From Antedon mediterranea (lineage: Eukaryota > Animalia > Echinodermata), in the NCBI RefSeq assembly GCF_964355755.1, contig NC_092674.1:13702001-13766000 (forward strand): a DNA stretch of 64,000 nucleotides. Reading direction: 5' to 3'. The notes under the pieces were generated by a model. That model ran no database searches. It was not told the origin of the DNA and saw nothing but the letters and a program-made list of their open reading frames with translations. This document shows positions 12,041-24,630 of this stretch, one piece after another (the stretch's first letter is position 1; each line of letters begins with the position of its first letter). Made by a program: the position numbers and the translations under genes.

Positions 12041-15000
12041 TTATGCACGGCTTAATCCATCTGCATTTCCATTTAATGATTCTTTCTTGTAAATAACTTT
12101 AAATTTATATCCTTGTAAAAACAGAGCCCATCTCATAAGTCTAACATTGGCACCCTTCATTGAGTCCATCCATCTCAATGCCTGGTGGTCAGTATGAACT
12201 TGAAATTCACAACCATACAGATAATACTTAAGTTTATTGATAGCCCAAACAATAGAGAGGCACTCTTTTTCTGGCACAGAATATCTCTGCTCATGTACGG
12301 ATAACTTTCTACTTAAGTACACAATGGGATAATCATTACCCTCACCATCTATTTGGCTCAGCACTGCACCTATGCCATAATTTGAGGCATCGGTTTGCAA
12401 TATAAACATCTTATCAAAATTTGGGGCTTTTAATACATTATCATCAGTAAGTCGTTTCTTTAAAGTTACAAAGGCATTTTCACATTGTTCATTCCACTTA
12501 ACGGTATTACGTTTACTCTTTAAAGTTAAATCAATCAATGGCTTAGCAATATCGGCATAGTTCTGTACAAATTTTCTGTAATAGCCAGTTAATCCGAGAA
12601 ATGATCGGACTTGTTTCTTAGACAAAGGTCTGGGGAACTTTTCCACAGCCTCAACCTTATCAATCATGGGTCTAATTTCTCCATTACCAATCTTATGCCC
12701 CAGAAATTCTACCTGTGCATAGGCAATTTTACATTTCAAAGGCTTTGCTGTCAATCCAGCACTACTTAATCTTTCTAATACATCATTCAAATGAAAAATA
12801 TGATCTTTCCAAGTTTGACTATAAATACATATGTCATCTATATATGCCTTAGCATATCCCTCAGTACCTTGTAATATATTATCCATTAATCTTTGGAAAG
12901 TACTAGAGCTATTTTGCATACCAAATGGAAGTACATTGTAACAATACTGTCCAAATTGTGTAATAAATGCTGATTTGTCTTTGGTCTTAGGATCCAGAGG
13001 CACCTGGTAAAATCCTTTAGTTAGATCTAACGTAGTTATGTATATTGCGGATGATACCTCATCCAACATTTCGTCTATGCGAGGCATAACATAAGGGTCA
13101 AATTGTGTAGTCTTATTTAGTGATCTAAAATCTGTCACCATTCTAATTTGGTTCTGGCCTTTCTTCAGGGCAATAATAGGTGCAGCATAGGCACTAACTG
13201 TAGGTTCTATTATACCCATAGCCAACATACTATCTAATTCTTCTTTCAATTTACCCTTTAATGCTTGGGGCGTTCTATATGCCCTATGCCTTATAGGCAT
13301 TTCACCATTAGTCTTAATTTCATGTGTCACTAAGTGAGTTCTACCTGGTACATCCGAGAATACATTCTGTTGGTACTTTAACAATTCTGTTAATTGTTTA
13401 GTTTGTGTATCATTTAAATTACTACTAACGTTAACATCTCTCCATGTTTGTGATTGATGATAAGACAATCCTATGTCTATTTCACTATCTAACTCATTGT
13501 CATGGACTGTTGTTTCATTTAAGTCTACTTCTTCAATCGACTGAACATTTGTTACTACATAATAACCATCTTTACTTATTTCTACTTTATCATACCATCT
13601 CTTTAACATATTAACATGTAGAATTTGTTTTTCTTTTCTTCTACCTCCTATGTATATTTCATAATTTACATCATTGACCTTTTTTGTAACAGTGAAGGGG
13701 CCTTGCCATTTACTGCCTAACTTACTATTTCCTACTGGAAGGAATATCAACACTTTGTCCCCTTCTACAAATTCTCTATCAATAGCATTCTTGTTATAAT
13801 TGTGGGACATAATTTCTTGTTGTTCAAGTTTGTTTACATTAGCATCTTTCATTAATTCCTCCATTTTTTCTCTTATGTCTAACATGTATTTGATAACATC
13901 AGTAGATGTTTCTTCATCTTCTACCCAATTACTTTTGAGTAAACTCAAGGGTCCCCTCACCTCTCTACCATAAAGCAATTTAAAAGGTGAATGGCCCGTC
14001 GCTTTACTAGGAACTTCTCTGTATGCAAACAGAAAGAGGGTATGTAGTTATCCCAATTTTTTCTTTGCTTAACTGTAAGTGTCCTTATCATATTTTTCAA
14101 TGTACCGTGAAATCTTTCAACAAGCCCATTGCTTTGGGGGTGGTACACTGTAGTCTTTAATTGATTAATCCCCAACATACTACATATAGATTGCATAATT
14201 GAAGACATGAAATTAGTTCCTTGATCATGTACAATCTCTTCGGGTAATCCTACTCTAGTAAAGACTTCTATTAGAGCCCTGTCTACTGTTTCAGCTCTAA
14301 CATTGGGTAACGGGATAGCATCCGGATATCTCGTAGCATAGTCAATTATAGTAAGCATATATTTGTTATTACGGCTTGTTCTAGATAAGGGTCCAACAAT
14401 GTCTATCGCTATACGTTTAAATGGTGTACTTATAATCGGTAATGGTATCAAAGTATGTTTCATTTTACTTTTACCCTTATCTAACTTTTGGCATTCCTTA
14501 CAGACTTTACAATAGACTACCATATCTTTAAATAGACCTGGCCAATAGAATTGGTTCAGGACCCTACTTTTAGTTTTCTCAACACCCATGTGACCTGCAA
14601 ATGGCACATTATGACCTAAGTGTAATACACCCTGTCTACACTGAGTGGGTAATACAATCTGTTCCACTTGGTTATTCTTATCTTTAATACTACTCCAATT
14701 TCTCATCAATATACCTTGTCTCATAAAGAAACATACCCTATGCTGACCTATTTCTTCAATAGGGACTACCCTGTCAAACACTCCTTTGAGTGAGTCATCC
14801 TTAGTTTGCAATTTGATTAGTTCTTGTTTAGTTAGGTTCAGCTTGTGCTGTTGTTCATAAGTTTTACGTTTGACTGTTTTATCTTTAGCTTTATCCTCAT
14901 TTTCGTCAAACAAATTATTCATTTCTGTTCCATTCATATCATCTAAACACTTAGTTTTATTTACTTTGTTGTCATTTACTACTGTTTTCAACCATTGTAC

Positions 15001-15543
15001 ATTAGTTTCTTTAGGCGGCTCTTCTATCGGCTTAAAGTTACTATCTTTCCCTAACAATATCATTTCGTCTAGTATTCTAACATCATTTTCTATTCTGGCT
15101 TGCTCCCTAGTTAGGACGAACATTTCTTTAGCCATAGTTTCCCCACAATTCTGGTCCAAATCATGACCCAATAACATATCCCTCTGTAATCCTTCGATTA
15201 CGGCTACAATCACTTTTCCTGTCACTATCTTACTTTCTATAGCTACCTCAGCTAAGGGGACGATAATATCGCCTCCTATACCTCTTAACGTAACCCATTT
15301 TCCTGGCAAGTAACATTTGTTAGGCACTAAACTTTCCTTAACAGCTGACTGGGTACATCCCGAGTCTCTAAGCATAGTTATATCCTGTCCTTCTAATTTT
15401 CTTGGTATTGTACACTTCTCCATTTTATTTTCTACACTATCCATAACTACTTGGGGTCTATCTGATTTTTTTCCTTCACATCTTAAGCCATCTTTCACAT
15501 TCGGGCCCTTCTTAGTGTCATAAGTCTTTCCTTTTGCTACCAT
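12041..15543 (-). pseudogene. pol: Gypsy pol: protease, integrase, RT, RNase H; frameshift near 14035
   Basis: LRDSGC protease; H-x6-H..CKEC, IAIDIVGP, HDQG, NGLVERFH integrase; YIDD RT; TDAS..NADGLSR RNase H. LFAYREVP is recovered only by a frame change. Confidence 0.93.
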
Positions 15544-16649
15544 CTAGGACAATCCCCTACTTTATGTCCCTTCTCCTTACAATTAAAGCATAGGCCATTA
15601 ATCCATTCATTTGAAGGTTCTCTCTGTTGGAAATTTCTACCATAGTTATGGAATTTGCCTCCCCTTCCGCGATACCTACTGTATCCTTGCTGCCTAGCTC
15701 CAGGGTTATTCTGAGTCGTACCATTCTTAGGTTTACTATTTTCTTGGCCCTTATAATACGTAGGCTTATTTTCAGAATTTACGGCATTCCAATAGCCACG
15801 GCCACCTCTATTAGCTATATAATCATCGGCTATCATAGCCATATCATAGCTCTTATTTACTTGTTTATCTCTAAGATAAAGCCTCAGATCTTCAGGCATT
15901 TTATCAAGTGCCTGTTCCATTATAATCATTTCAATAATGCCTGCAGCATCATCTTCTTTTACATTAGCACATTTTATCCAACATTTTAAATAATGGGAGA
16001 GCTCATTCAGCCATTCCCTGATGGACATATCTTTAACTCTGTTTGAATTTCTAAATTTAAATCTGTAGGTCTCTGCGGACACATCATACTTTTCTAAGAT
16101 TGCCTTCTTTAAGGTATCATAATCTACACATTCTTTTACGGTTAAGGATGCATATGCTGTCCTAGCTTTACCAGACAGTTCAGGTGCTAACCTAGCGGAC
16201 CACGTATTCTTATCCCAACCTGTGGCTTCTGCCAAGTGTTCAAATGTTCTAAAATATATATCAATATCATCTGATTCCTTCAAAGTAGGAACATTTACCT
16301 TCATTTTATCTACTATATTTCTAGCATTACTGTAGCTAGACTTATTTTCTAATTCCATCATTTCCACTCTTTCTTGTGATTCAATTTTTCTTTGCTCTAT
16401 ATCTGCTTCTAATCTTAATTGGTCTTGTTGGTATTGTAATTCTAACTTTTTGTTTTCGGCCTCGGCCTCGAACTTCATTCGAAAATATTCGAGCATCATA
16501 TTTTTAGGCATACCGCCGGGTATTTCGGGCAAATCAATATCCCTAGCCATGTTATCATACATTTCATTGACTTGGTCAACCATATCTTCCCTAGTATCTT
16601 TGTCTGACATAGTCTTATCTATATTTTTACCCGATCTTAAAGTTGTCAT
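15537..16649 (-). CDS. gag: Gypsy Gag (SCAN-like capsid C-terminal region, CCHC zinc knuckle)
   Basis: DDIDIYFRTFE..W..L.GKA..YDTLKKAIL..ETYRFKFR; CFNCKEKGHKVGDC. Confidence 0.93.
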   Translation of the reverse strand: MTTLRSGKNIDKTMSDKDTREDMVDQVNEMYDNMARDIDLPEIPGGMPKNMMLEYFRMKFEAEAENKKLELQYQQDQLRLEADIEQRKIESQERVEMMELENKSSYSNARNIVDKMKVNVPTLKESDDIDIYFRTFEHLAEATGWDKNTWSARLAPELSGKARTAYASLTVKECVDYDTLKKAILEKYDVSAETYRFKFRNSNRVKDMSIREWLNELSHYLKCWIKCANVKEDDAAGIIEMIIMEQALDKMPEDLRLYLRDKQVNKSYDMAMIADDYIANRGGRGYWNAVNSENKPTYYKGQENSKPKNGTTQNNPGARQQGYSRYRGRGGKFHNYGRNFQQREPSNEWINGLCFNCKEKGHKVGDCPRW

Positions 16650-17152
16650 GCTAATAACAATTTTACTAATGAAATATGAAACTTATGTATACAAAATATG
16701 TTATAAAAGTATTTGTATTACCTTGATTCCATTCAGATATGTAAAAATATGAAATCCACATAAATTTTTAAATGCAATACAATCTAAGACATTAATTTAC
16801 TTCAAATTCACAAACAACGTTCCAAGTTCGCTCCGTACAAAAATTTACTTTCGAAATACAAAATAGTTTACAAAGTCAGCTTTGCAAATCTTCTCCAAAT
16901 TTACTGGGCTTCCTTCTGTTACTTCAGTCTTCTTCCTTCAGACCTCGGTGAATATATACAGTATCTCCGATGAATATCCAGCAGTCTTGAGCTCAACAAT
17001 ACTTCTTCTTCGTTGTAATATCCAAACAACGCACGTTATAAAAACTGTCAGGAATCCAGATCTTCGTAACCATTTAACTTTTTGGTTACTGATTTAACAG
17101 GCCCGTAGAGTAGGCACTGTCACTTCTTCTTCTTCTTCTTCTTGATACTTAA

Positions 17153-17778
17153 AGACCCCTTCCCTGCAATTTTGGACGTTTTTTGGAAAATAATACATAT
17201 ATATCACTTTAAAAACATTAAACCATGTCATTTCTTGTCTTAAATGTACGTTTTATGGTAAATTATGATAAAAAGTGAGAAACAATGCACTACCTAAGTA
17301 GCTCGCGGCGATCGACCTCTCGTGGACGGTCTTAGGCCTAGCCTAGCTAGGCTTAGTTTTTTAGGCCTAGCTGGTAAACATCGGTAACGTACGAACATCG
17401 TACGCGAGCTATATACCTAGCCTGACGTTGTATAGTTGCTGCATTAATTGTCTTTCTATTTTTGCCAGACTCCGTTGATACAAATTGGGGAAAACCCGGT
17501 ATTTTCGCTGAAAAGTTAGGAGTCTTCCATTTGTTTTGGCCTCACGATCGATCGAAAAGTGGGCGAATTACAGGTGAAAAACAAATATATCAATCCGCGC
17601 GCAATGCATTTTGGGATTTATAGCGGGCCGCTATAATTATTAGAATCGACTTATTTTTCACATTTTTAACCATTTAAAGACGAAAAAAGTTATCGCAATA
17701 GGACCATATAGTATTATTTTTACATTAAATATAGTTTGTGATCTTAAATTAGATCTAAAAAACGTAGGGAATGGGGCT
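17153..17778. mobile_element. Kolobok-like non-autonomous element in the Gypsy leader
   Basis: TTAA at 17149-17152 and 17779-17782; imperfect TIRs AGACCCCTTCCCTGCAATTTT / AAAAACGTAGGGAATGGGGCT with RR..YY termini. Confidence 0.75.
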
Positions 17779-17802
17779 TTAAATCATGTAAACAAAAATT
17801 TT

Positions 17803-17816
17803 CACCGCTGCCACCA
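17803..17816 (-). promoter_or_regulatory. Primer-binding site complementary to the tRNA-Leu 3' end
   Basis: TGGTGGCAGCGGTG directly after the 5' LTR; the plus strand CACCGCTGCCACCA matches the eukaryotic tRNA-Leu(AAG/TAG) 3' end plus CCA. Confidence 0.85.
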
Positions 17817-18069
17817 TGTAGTGAATTTAATCTTAGTTGGTTCCGAGCTTTCTCAGGCGTATATATTTCCACGCGATGTACACTGCTGTCACTGAATGAT
17901 AACTCATACAAAAAGTATATTTAACTCAACTAGAACTTTTATTCCTTGTAACTCGATTAATACATCTTTCTACCACTATCAGTCAAGCCTTATTTTCTTT
18001 ATCATCTTTCCGTTTATCTACTCTGATCTTATTCTCTCTTTTCCTTAATATCTATTACATTCCACTTTT

Positions 18070-21047
18070 TAGAATTAATGAAGATGACGTCACGAATAAT
18101 TATGGCATAGATCTTCTCAATTTTTGTAAAGAAACGAATTTAAGAATTGCTAATGGTAGAATTAACCCAATGTATAGTAAAAGCTACACTTTCATAGGAC
18201 AACAAGGTAAAAGCGTAGTCGATTATATATTGACAAAAGCTGATAACTTCAGGTACATAGCAGATTTGAAAGTAGAAAATAGAATAGAATCTGATCATAT
18301 GCCAATTACGTTTCAATTAGGCCTACTAACTAAAGATAATATAAAAATAAAAAAATTTAATATTGAAAATTGTCCTAATCCTAAACAAACTAAATTCAAT
18401 TGGTCAGAAACATATACTGAAACATTTAAATTAAGATTACAGCATAATAAAATCGATGAACTTAAAAATGAAATAACTAACTTGATTAATGATAACCTAA
18501 TTGATGAAGCTGTTTCAACTGTAGGTAGATTGTATGAATATGCATGTAAAGGAATTATCCATAGGAATTCCAACAATAAAACAACTAAAGCTAAAGACAC
18601 ATGGTATGACAATCAATGTCTTACACTTAAAAACAAAGTTCGAAGAAATTTAAATAGATTCCGACACAATCGTACACAAACATTGCTTAATGCATACCTG
18701 GAAATAAAAAAAGAATATAAAACATTAATAAAAAATAAGAAATACAGCTATATTAAAAGATCACGTACAGAATTGATTAGATCATTAGGAGAAAAAAACT
18801 CCAAATCATTCTGGATTAAACTAAAACAAACAAAACCAAATTTTCCAAGTAACATATGTATTAATACATGGCGCACTCATTTCGAATCCTTATTTCATAT
18901 TGATGAAAATAGAGGTAATCAAAATGTAGAAAGTATCATTAATGATGAACCTGCTGTAAATGAAAACGAACCTAACCTAAATAATGACATTACAGTAGAT
19001 GAGGTAATTCATGCCATTAAATGCCAAAAAAACAGGTAAATCACCTGGAATCGATGGATTATTACCAGAACTTTTTATACACTCACCTCAAAATCTAATC
19101 AATCTAATAACAAAATTATATAATATAATTTATAATACAGGACAGTTTCCACAGCAATGGGCAACCAGCCTTATTGTCCCAATATTTAAAAAAGGTGACA
19201 AAGAACAACCAGAGAATTATAGAGGAATATCACTTATTCCCGTTTTTGCTAAAATTTTCCTACATATTATCAATAAAAGATTACAATTTTGGGCAGAAGA
19301 TAAATTAACATTCTACATCAGGAACAAGCCGGTTTTAGAAAGGGGTTCAGAACATCGGATAATGTATTTATTCTTAACACAATCATTAATAAATACCTAG
19401 GAAAAAAACGTGGGAAAGTATATGTTGCTTTCATTGATTTTAAACGAGCTATTGACTCCGTAGGACATCAATATCTTCACATAAAACTAAAAAATTCAGG
19501 AGTAAAAGGAAAAATGTTAAACGTTATTAATTCAATGTACAATAAGTTATCAGCACATGTTAAGGTCGACGGCAACATTAGTAATTCTTTCAAATGTCTA
19601 ATAGGTATACAACAGGGTTCGCCACTCTCGTCCTTTTTATTTAATGTTTTTATTAATGATTTTTTAGTGAAACATTAAATGAGGAAGGCGACGAGCATAG
19701 AATCCAAATAGGAAATCTAAAAATTAATCATTTACTCTATGCAGATGACCTTATGTTATTTGGTGATACCGTTTATGGTCTACAATATTATTTAAACAAG
19801 TTATCTACCTATTGTACAAGATGGGATGTAACTGTCAATGTTAACAAGAGTAATATTATGGTGTTTAAGAATGGTGGTAATCTTAACAAATTTGAAAAAT
19901 GGAATTACAATGGAAATACAGTTGACATTGTCAAATCCTCTAAATATTTAGGAGTTGTTTTCAACTCAAATGGTAATTGGAATAAAGCCAAAGAATACAA
20001 TTGTCAACAAGCTAATAAGGCTTTGTTCGCATTAAAAGGATTGACCCATAGACGTTTTGGTAACCTCCAAGTTAATATATGGAACCATATATTTGATGTT
20101 AAGATTATGCCAATCTTACTTTATGGTAGCGAAATATGGGGTTTAAATGATATATCAGTATTAGAGAAAGTTCATCTAAGATTCTGTAAATACATTCTAG
20201 GAATAGGTAATTCTGCACCAAGTGTTGCAGTGAGAGGAGAATGTGGAAGATTCACTATCCAAATTCAAATATCATTAATATAATTCGTTATTGGCTTAGA
20301 GTAATCCAAATGGATAATGACAAATTTATTAAACAATGTTATGATTTTCAATATAGAAAAGCTCAAAGAAATGAGCAATGTTGGGCCAATGACGTAAAAC
20401 AAATACTATGCATAAATGGATTTGGTAACATATGGTACTCACAACAGGTTAATAATATATATACTTTTATTTCAAATTTTAAACAAAGGCTTACAGACAT
20501 TGAAAGACAGAAATTCTACGAAGATACTAGGCTACACTCTAAGCTCCAATATTACAAGCACGTTAAATATAAGTTTGGAATTGAAGAATATCTAACAAAA
20601 GTAACAAATTACAAACATAGACAAATTATGACTAAGATACGACTAGGAATTTTAGAATTAGAAATTGAAAAAGGAAGATGGAATTGTTTAAATAGAAATG
20701 AAAGATTATGCAAATTATGTGCTTTACAATCAATTGAAGATGAATATCATTTCACTTTAGTTTGTCCATTTTATTCAGATATTAGAACTAAATATATGTT
20801 TTCCTTTTATACAAACAACCCAACTAAATTAAAATATATTTATCTTATGTCTGCCACAAATACTGATCTTATTGTTAAACTTGGAAAATATTTATTTTTT
20901 TCATTTAAACGTAGAACAGAATTTTTAAACGCACTCAACTGGTATTTATTTAATATTGTATTACATTGTATATTATTTGGGCCAAAGGCCATATATAATA
21001 AATGTTTCTTGAATCTCCAAGAAAGAATGAATGAATGAAAGAATGAA
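18070..21047 (+). mobile_element. 5'-truncated RTEX-like LINE (APE end, RT, C-terminal Cys/His motif), frameshifted, inside the Gypsy 5' LTR
   Basis: SVVDY..ESDH, KSPGIDG, YRGISL, FIDF, QQGSPLS, LYADD, EKGR..RLCKLC..EDEYHF..CPFY; (GAAT)n tail; absent from the 3' LTR. Confidence 0.88.
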
Positions 21048-21299
21048 TTTATACTGGACATGCAAAGTTTAGGCTTCAGAGGAGGATAACATTTTCTCTC
21101 CAAAATGTATACGATTTTGATTGGCTAATAATATAAGGCGGACCTGGTCTAAAGCATCCTTCTCTAAACACAGAGAATCACAACATCAATAATATGACAC
21201 CAAGTAAAAAATATCCACATAAATAATCTAGTTCCTAAAAATATCAATTAAATCTATATAAACGAAAAATGCATCGCATCCCGCCCGATCCATACAAAA

Positions 21300-21442
21300 T
21301 AGCGCGACCGATTTCAAACGCGACCGATATAATCAAAAGTATAGCACTAGCGGCGCGCCATACAAAATACCGGAAGTTGATTTTATCGCGACCGATTTCA
21401 AACGCGACCGATTTCAAGCGCGACCGATTTCATCTGACACCA
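21300..21442. repeat. Terminal part of a DNA element with (CGCGACCGATTTCAA) subterminal repeats
   Basis: Five copies of GCGACCGAT ending in ATCTGACACC; no partner terminus found. Confidence 0.45.
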
Positions 21443-21481
21443 GGCCTACTAGCCTAGGCTAGGCCTACCTTTTTTTTTTTG

Positions 21482-21549
21482 GTGAATGATGAAAGGTTAA
21501 ATATCAACTCGGCGTTGCCTCGTTGATATAATAACCTTTCATCATTCAC
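21482..21549. repeat. ~27-bp-arm hairpin
   Basis: GTGAATGATGAAAGGTTAAATATCAAC..GTTGATATAATAACCTTTCATCATTCAC; typical of small non-autonomous repeats (possibly Crypton-like). Confidence 0.6.
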
Positions 21550-22689
21550 TTCATGCCATTATTTGTACCATTACACGAATATAAAACATTCATTATTTTG
21601 TATAATATTGCATTTTGTGTGTCTGTCGACGCCTTGAAAATAGCGCGATGTGTTTAAATCCATATCACATAATAACTCCATTCGCGAAAGCATGTGAGTT
21701 TGTTCATACTAGATAGAGTCATGTTTTTACATGTAACATAACGATTAAAATCGAAATCTTTTTATAGAATCTGTAAATTCAATGTGTTATCATCGATTTT
21801 TGTATGATTTTGGTCGGATTTTGTGTAGGCCTACACTACCATTTCGTAGGGTCTTCGCTGTCGAGGTCTTCGCTTTTGACACACCCACCATTGTTGTCAT
21901 GTGATAAGCCCAACATCTGAAAACCAACCAATATAGGCCAGGCTTGGCTAAAATCTGAGCCTTGCTTTTTGCATGGACTTTGTTTAAATACCAAATTATC
22001 TTGCCCATTTGATGTTTTTTTATAATTTTTTCAGAGAACACTTAAAGATCAAACCTTTTCGATGAGTCTTGATAGACCCGAGGGTGGACTTGATGCCCGT
22101 TTACAAGCTACGGTCTGCAGGGTATCTAATTTTACCTATTTACTTGTGACTCACATTTGGGATGTATGCTAAATTAACCTGCATATATTGATGGATCAAA
22201 AGTAGTTTTATTATTTTATGTTTACATTGATTTAACTATCAATCAAAGGATGTTTCAATACTATTAATTTAATTTTAATGTAGGCCTACATTAATTGATA
22301 ATTAATAGTGCTAGTGGGCCTGTACTCGTACTGTTTACAATGTTTGTTTGATTTGTGTTTAATTTAACTTTTTCTTTTGACTAAGTTTTATAATATAAGT
22401 TAAAAAACATTTTTTTTCTCAGAGAAGTGATTAACTTTATTTAATTAGAACTACAAAATTGCCTATTTTCATGTTTTTTTTTTTTCATCTTTAAAACAGG
22501 AATTCAAAATGAAACACAGCCAAGAGAAGGCCTTCCACACTTTTAATGATCATTTGATGTAATTGATTTTTTAGGAGCAAATAGGTTTGCGTAATTATTC
22601 AAGACGTCATTTTATTATTTATATGAGTGATGCAGGATTTCACTTCGCACTTCATGGCAAGGTTTGTAGAAAAAAAATGTATAAGATAT

Positions 22690-23087
22690 CAGGGGTAGCT
22701 GGCTCATTTGAGGGGTAACTGTATCATTGGAGAGATAGCTGGCTCATTTGAGGGGGAGCTGGCTCATTTGAGGGGTACTGTAAACTGTATCATTTGAGGG
22801 TTAGCTGTATTACTTGAGGGGTAGCTGGCTCATTTGAGGGGTAGCTGTATCATATGAATTTTTCTGGATTATTTGAGGGGTAACTGTACCATTTGAGGGG
22901 TAACTGTATCATTTGAGGTTTGCTGGATTATTTGAGGGGTAACTGTACCATTTGAAGGGTAGCTGTATCATTTGAGGTTTGCTGGATTATTTGAGGGGTA
23001 ACTGTACCATTTGAAGGGTAGCTGTATCATTTGAGGTTTGCTGGATTATTTGAGTGGTAGCTGACGCATTTGAAGGGTAGCTGGCTA
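22690..23087. repeat. Intronic minisatellite, ~18-20 bp unit CATTTGAGGGGTA(GCTGGCT/ACTGTAT)
   Basis: About 20 variant tandem units with a higher-order ~58-bp period in the right half. Confidence 0.9.
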
Positions 23088-23738
23088 AAATATTTAGTCA
23101 TAATTTAATTATTGTAAATAATTCACTCACATTATGAGTGAGTTCAAAAGTGGAAGAAAAAAAAATTGCAACCAAATGTTTTTAATTTTTCTTTTAGGTT
23201 GGCGGGCTGACTTTACCAAACGAGGGTGAATGTCATTTAGATGATCAAGGATATTATAGGCCTACTCATTCTGTAAAAAATGTAACTAATTTTCTGATTT
23301 ACTTTTCTGATTTCATTTTTCATTGTTGTGTTACTTATGTAAATACGGACAATAATCCAAATAGGCCTACGAGATTGAATTGAAATCATATAAAAAACAC
23401 AATTAATTAAATTACAATAATAATAATACGGTCAACCCTACCAACTGAACTCTCTGAAAACTGAAAACTTTCCCAAAGGCAGACGTTTCTTGAATTATAA
23501 ATTAATTTTTACCATTAAAAACAAAAGATTTCTGATATTGGGAGAGTTGACTGTATTATCTATTAAAAATCCACATAATTCTATCAGAGGGGAAACAAGA
23601 CAAAATGGCGCAGGCACTATCTGAACCCACGCTTTCTCAAATTCCTTGTTATGCATTCCACTCCCTCTCTCCTATTATGCTAAAAAGAGGTAAATTCAAA
23701 GTATGATTAATATACATATTTACTTTGTTTATTTTCAG

Positions 23739-23830
23739 GATTTTCTATCTTTAGGACAGCTTCATGAGAAATTATTAGAAAGAAATGTAATTCCAATTTT
23801 TGCAGTAGCAAAATCAAAACAGCGTGACCA
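23739..23830 (+). pseudogene. Duplicated, 3'-truncated copy of the integrin exon DF(P/L)SLGQL.EKLLERNVIPIFAV
   Basis: 23385-23830 is paralogous to 24600-24630 + 28887-29325; lacks the exon end and splice donor. Confidence 0.8.
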
Positions 23831-24630
23831 CCAAGCCACAGCTCCACTCCCTCTCTCCTATTATGCTAAAAAAAGGATCAATACAAAGTATGATTGATAT
23901 ACATTTTACATTTACTTTGTTTATTTTCAGGATTTTTCTATTAGAGGATTTTATTTGATTATAACTATTACCATATTAAAACTTAAACATTAAACGTATC
24001 CCTCGAATAAGCACCTACCTCAATGAAATCCGCCCCCACCTCTGCCCCAAAAGGCCAACCCATTCTTTTAAAAATGTACACTTTTAAAATAAAAACGTAA
24101 AAGACTTTTTGTTAATGCCAAAACTGTCTTTATTATTTTGTGTTTGTCGCCCTCTAATTGGAAAAGGTTGTCAATGTCAAAGGAAAATTAATATGGCTGC
24201 GCCCATGCAAGCATGTTGAGATGTTGGCTAAACTAGTTATTTGCAGTATAAAACAATCACATAGAAGCTATTAAACATTAATGAATATGCAATGTAGTTG
24301 TCCATATCAGGGACATTCAACTGTACGGTAAATATCTGTACCCCTTTGATTGAGTTTACATGTTACAGTTTTATTTGATATGTTTGTGTTTATAAATTAT
24401 GCCTAGGGCCTAGGCTATAGGCTAGGCCTAGTCTAGTAGTAGGCCTACTAGAGAGAGGTAGGCCTAGCTAGCCCTTGGTCTAGCCTAGTTCTGGTCTAGC
24501 CTAGGCTTAGCCCATTTATCTTACGTATGATTACTATTGCAGTTAATCGTTGAAGATCATATCAGGTCAACGCATAAATTAACAGTAACCAAATAAAATA
24601 ATAAAAACACAATTAATTAAATTACAATAA

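Larger units (their letters stand above)
11533..21199 (-). mobile_element. Full-length Gmr1-like Ty3/Gypsy LTR retrotransposon with nested insertions
   Basis: TG..CA LTRs at 11533-11938 and 17817-21199 (the latter split by a LINE); CCAAG TSD at 11528-11532 / 21200-21204; PBS and PPT present; order gag-PR-INT-RT-RH. Confidence 0.96.

Noticed and set aside
14870-16752. Plus-strand ORFs overlapping the Gypsy genes
   Set aside because: Antisense shadows of gag/pol with no domain signal.
22690-23087. Possible CRISPR-like array
   Set aside because: Contiguous minisatellite units without spacers, in an intron.
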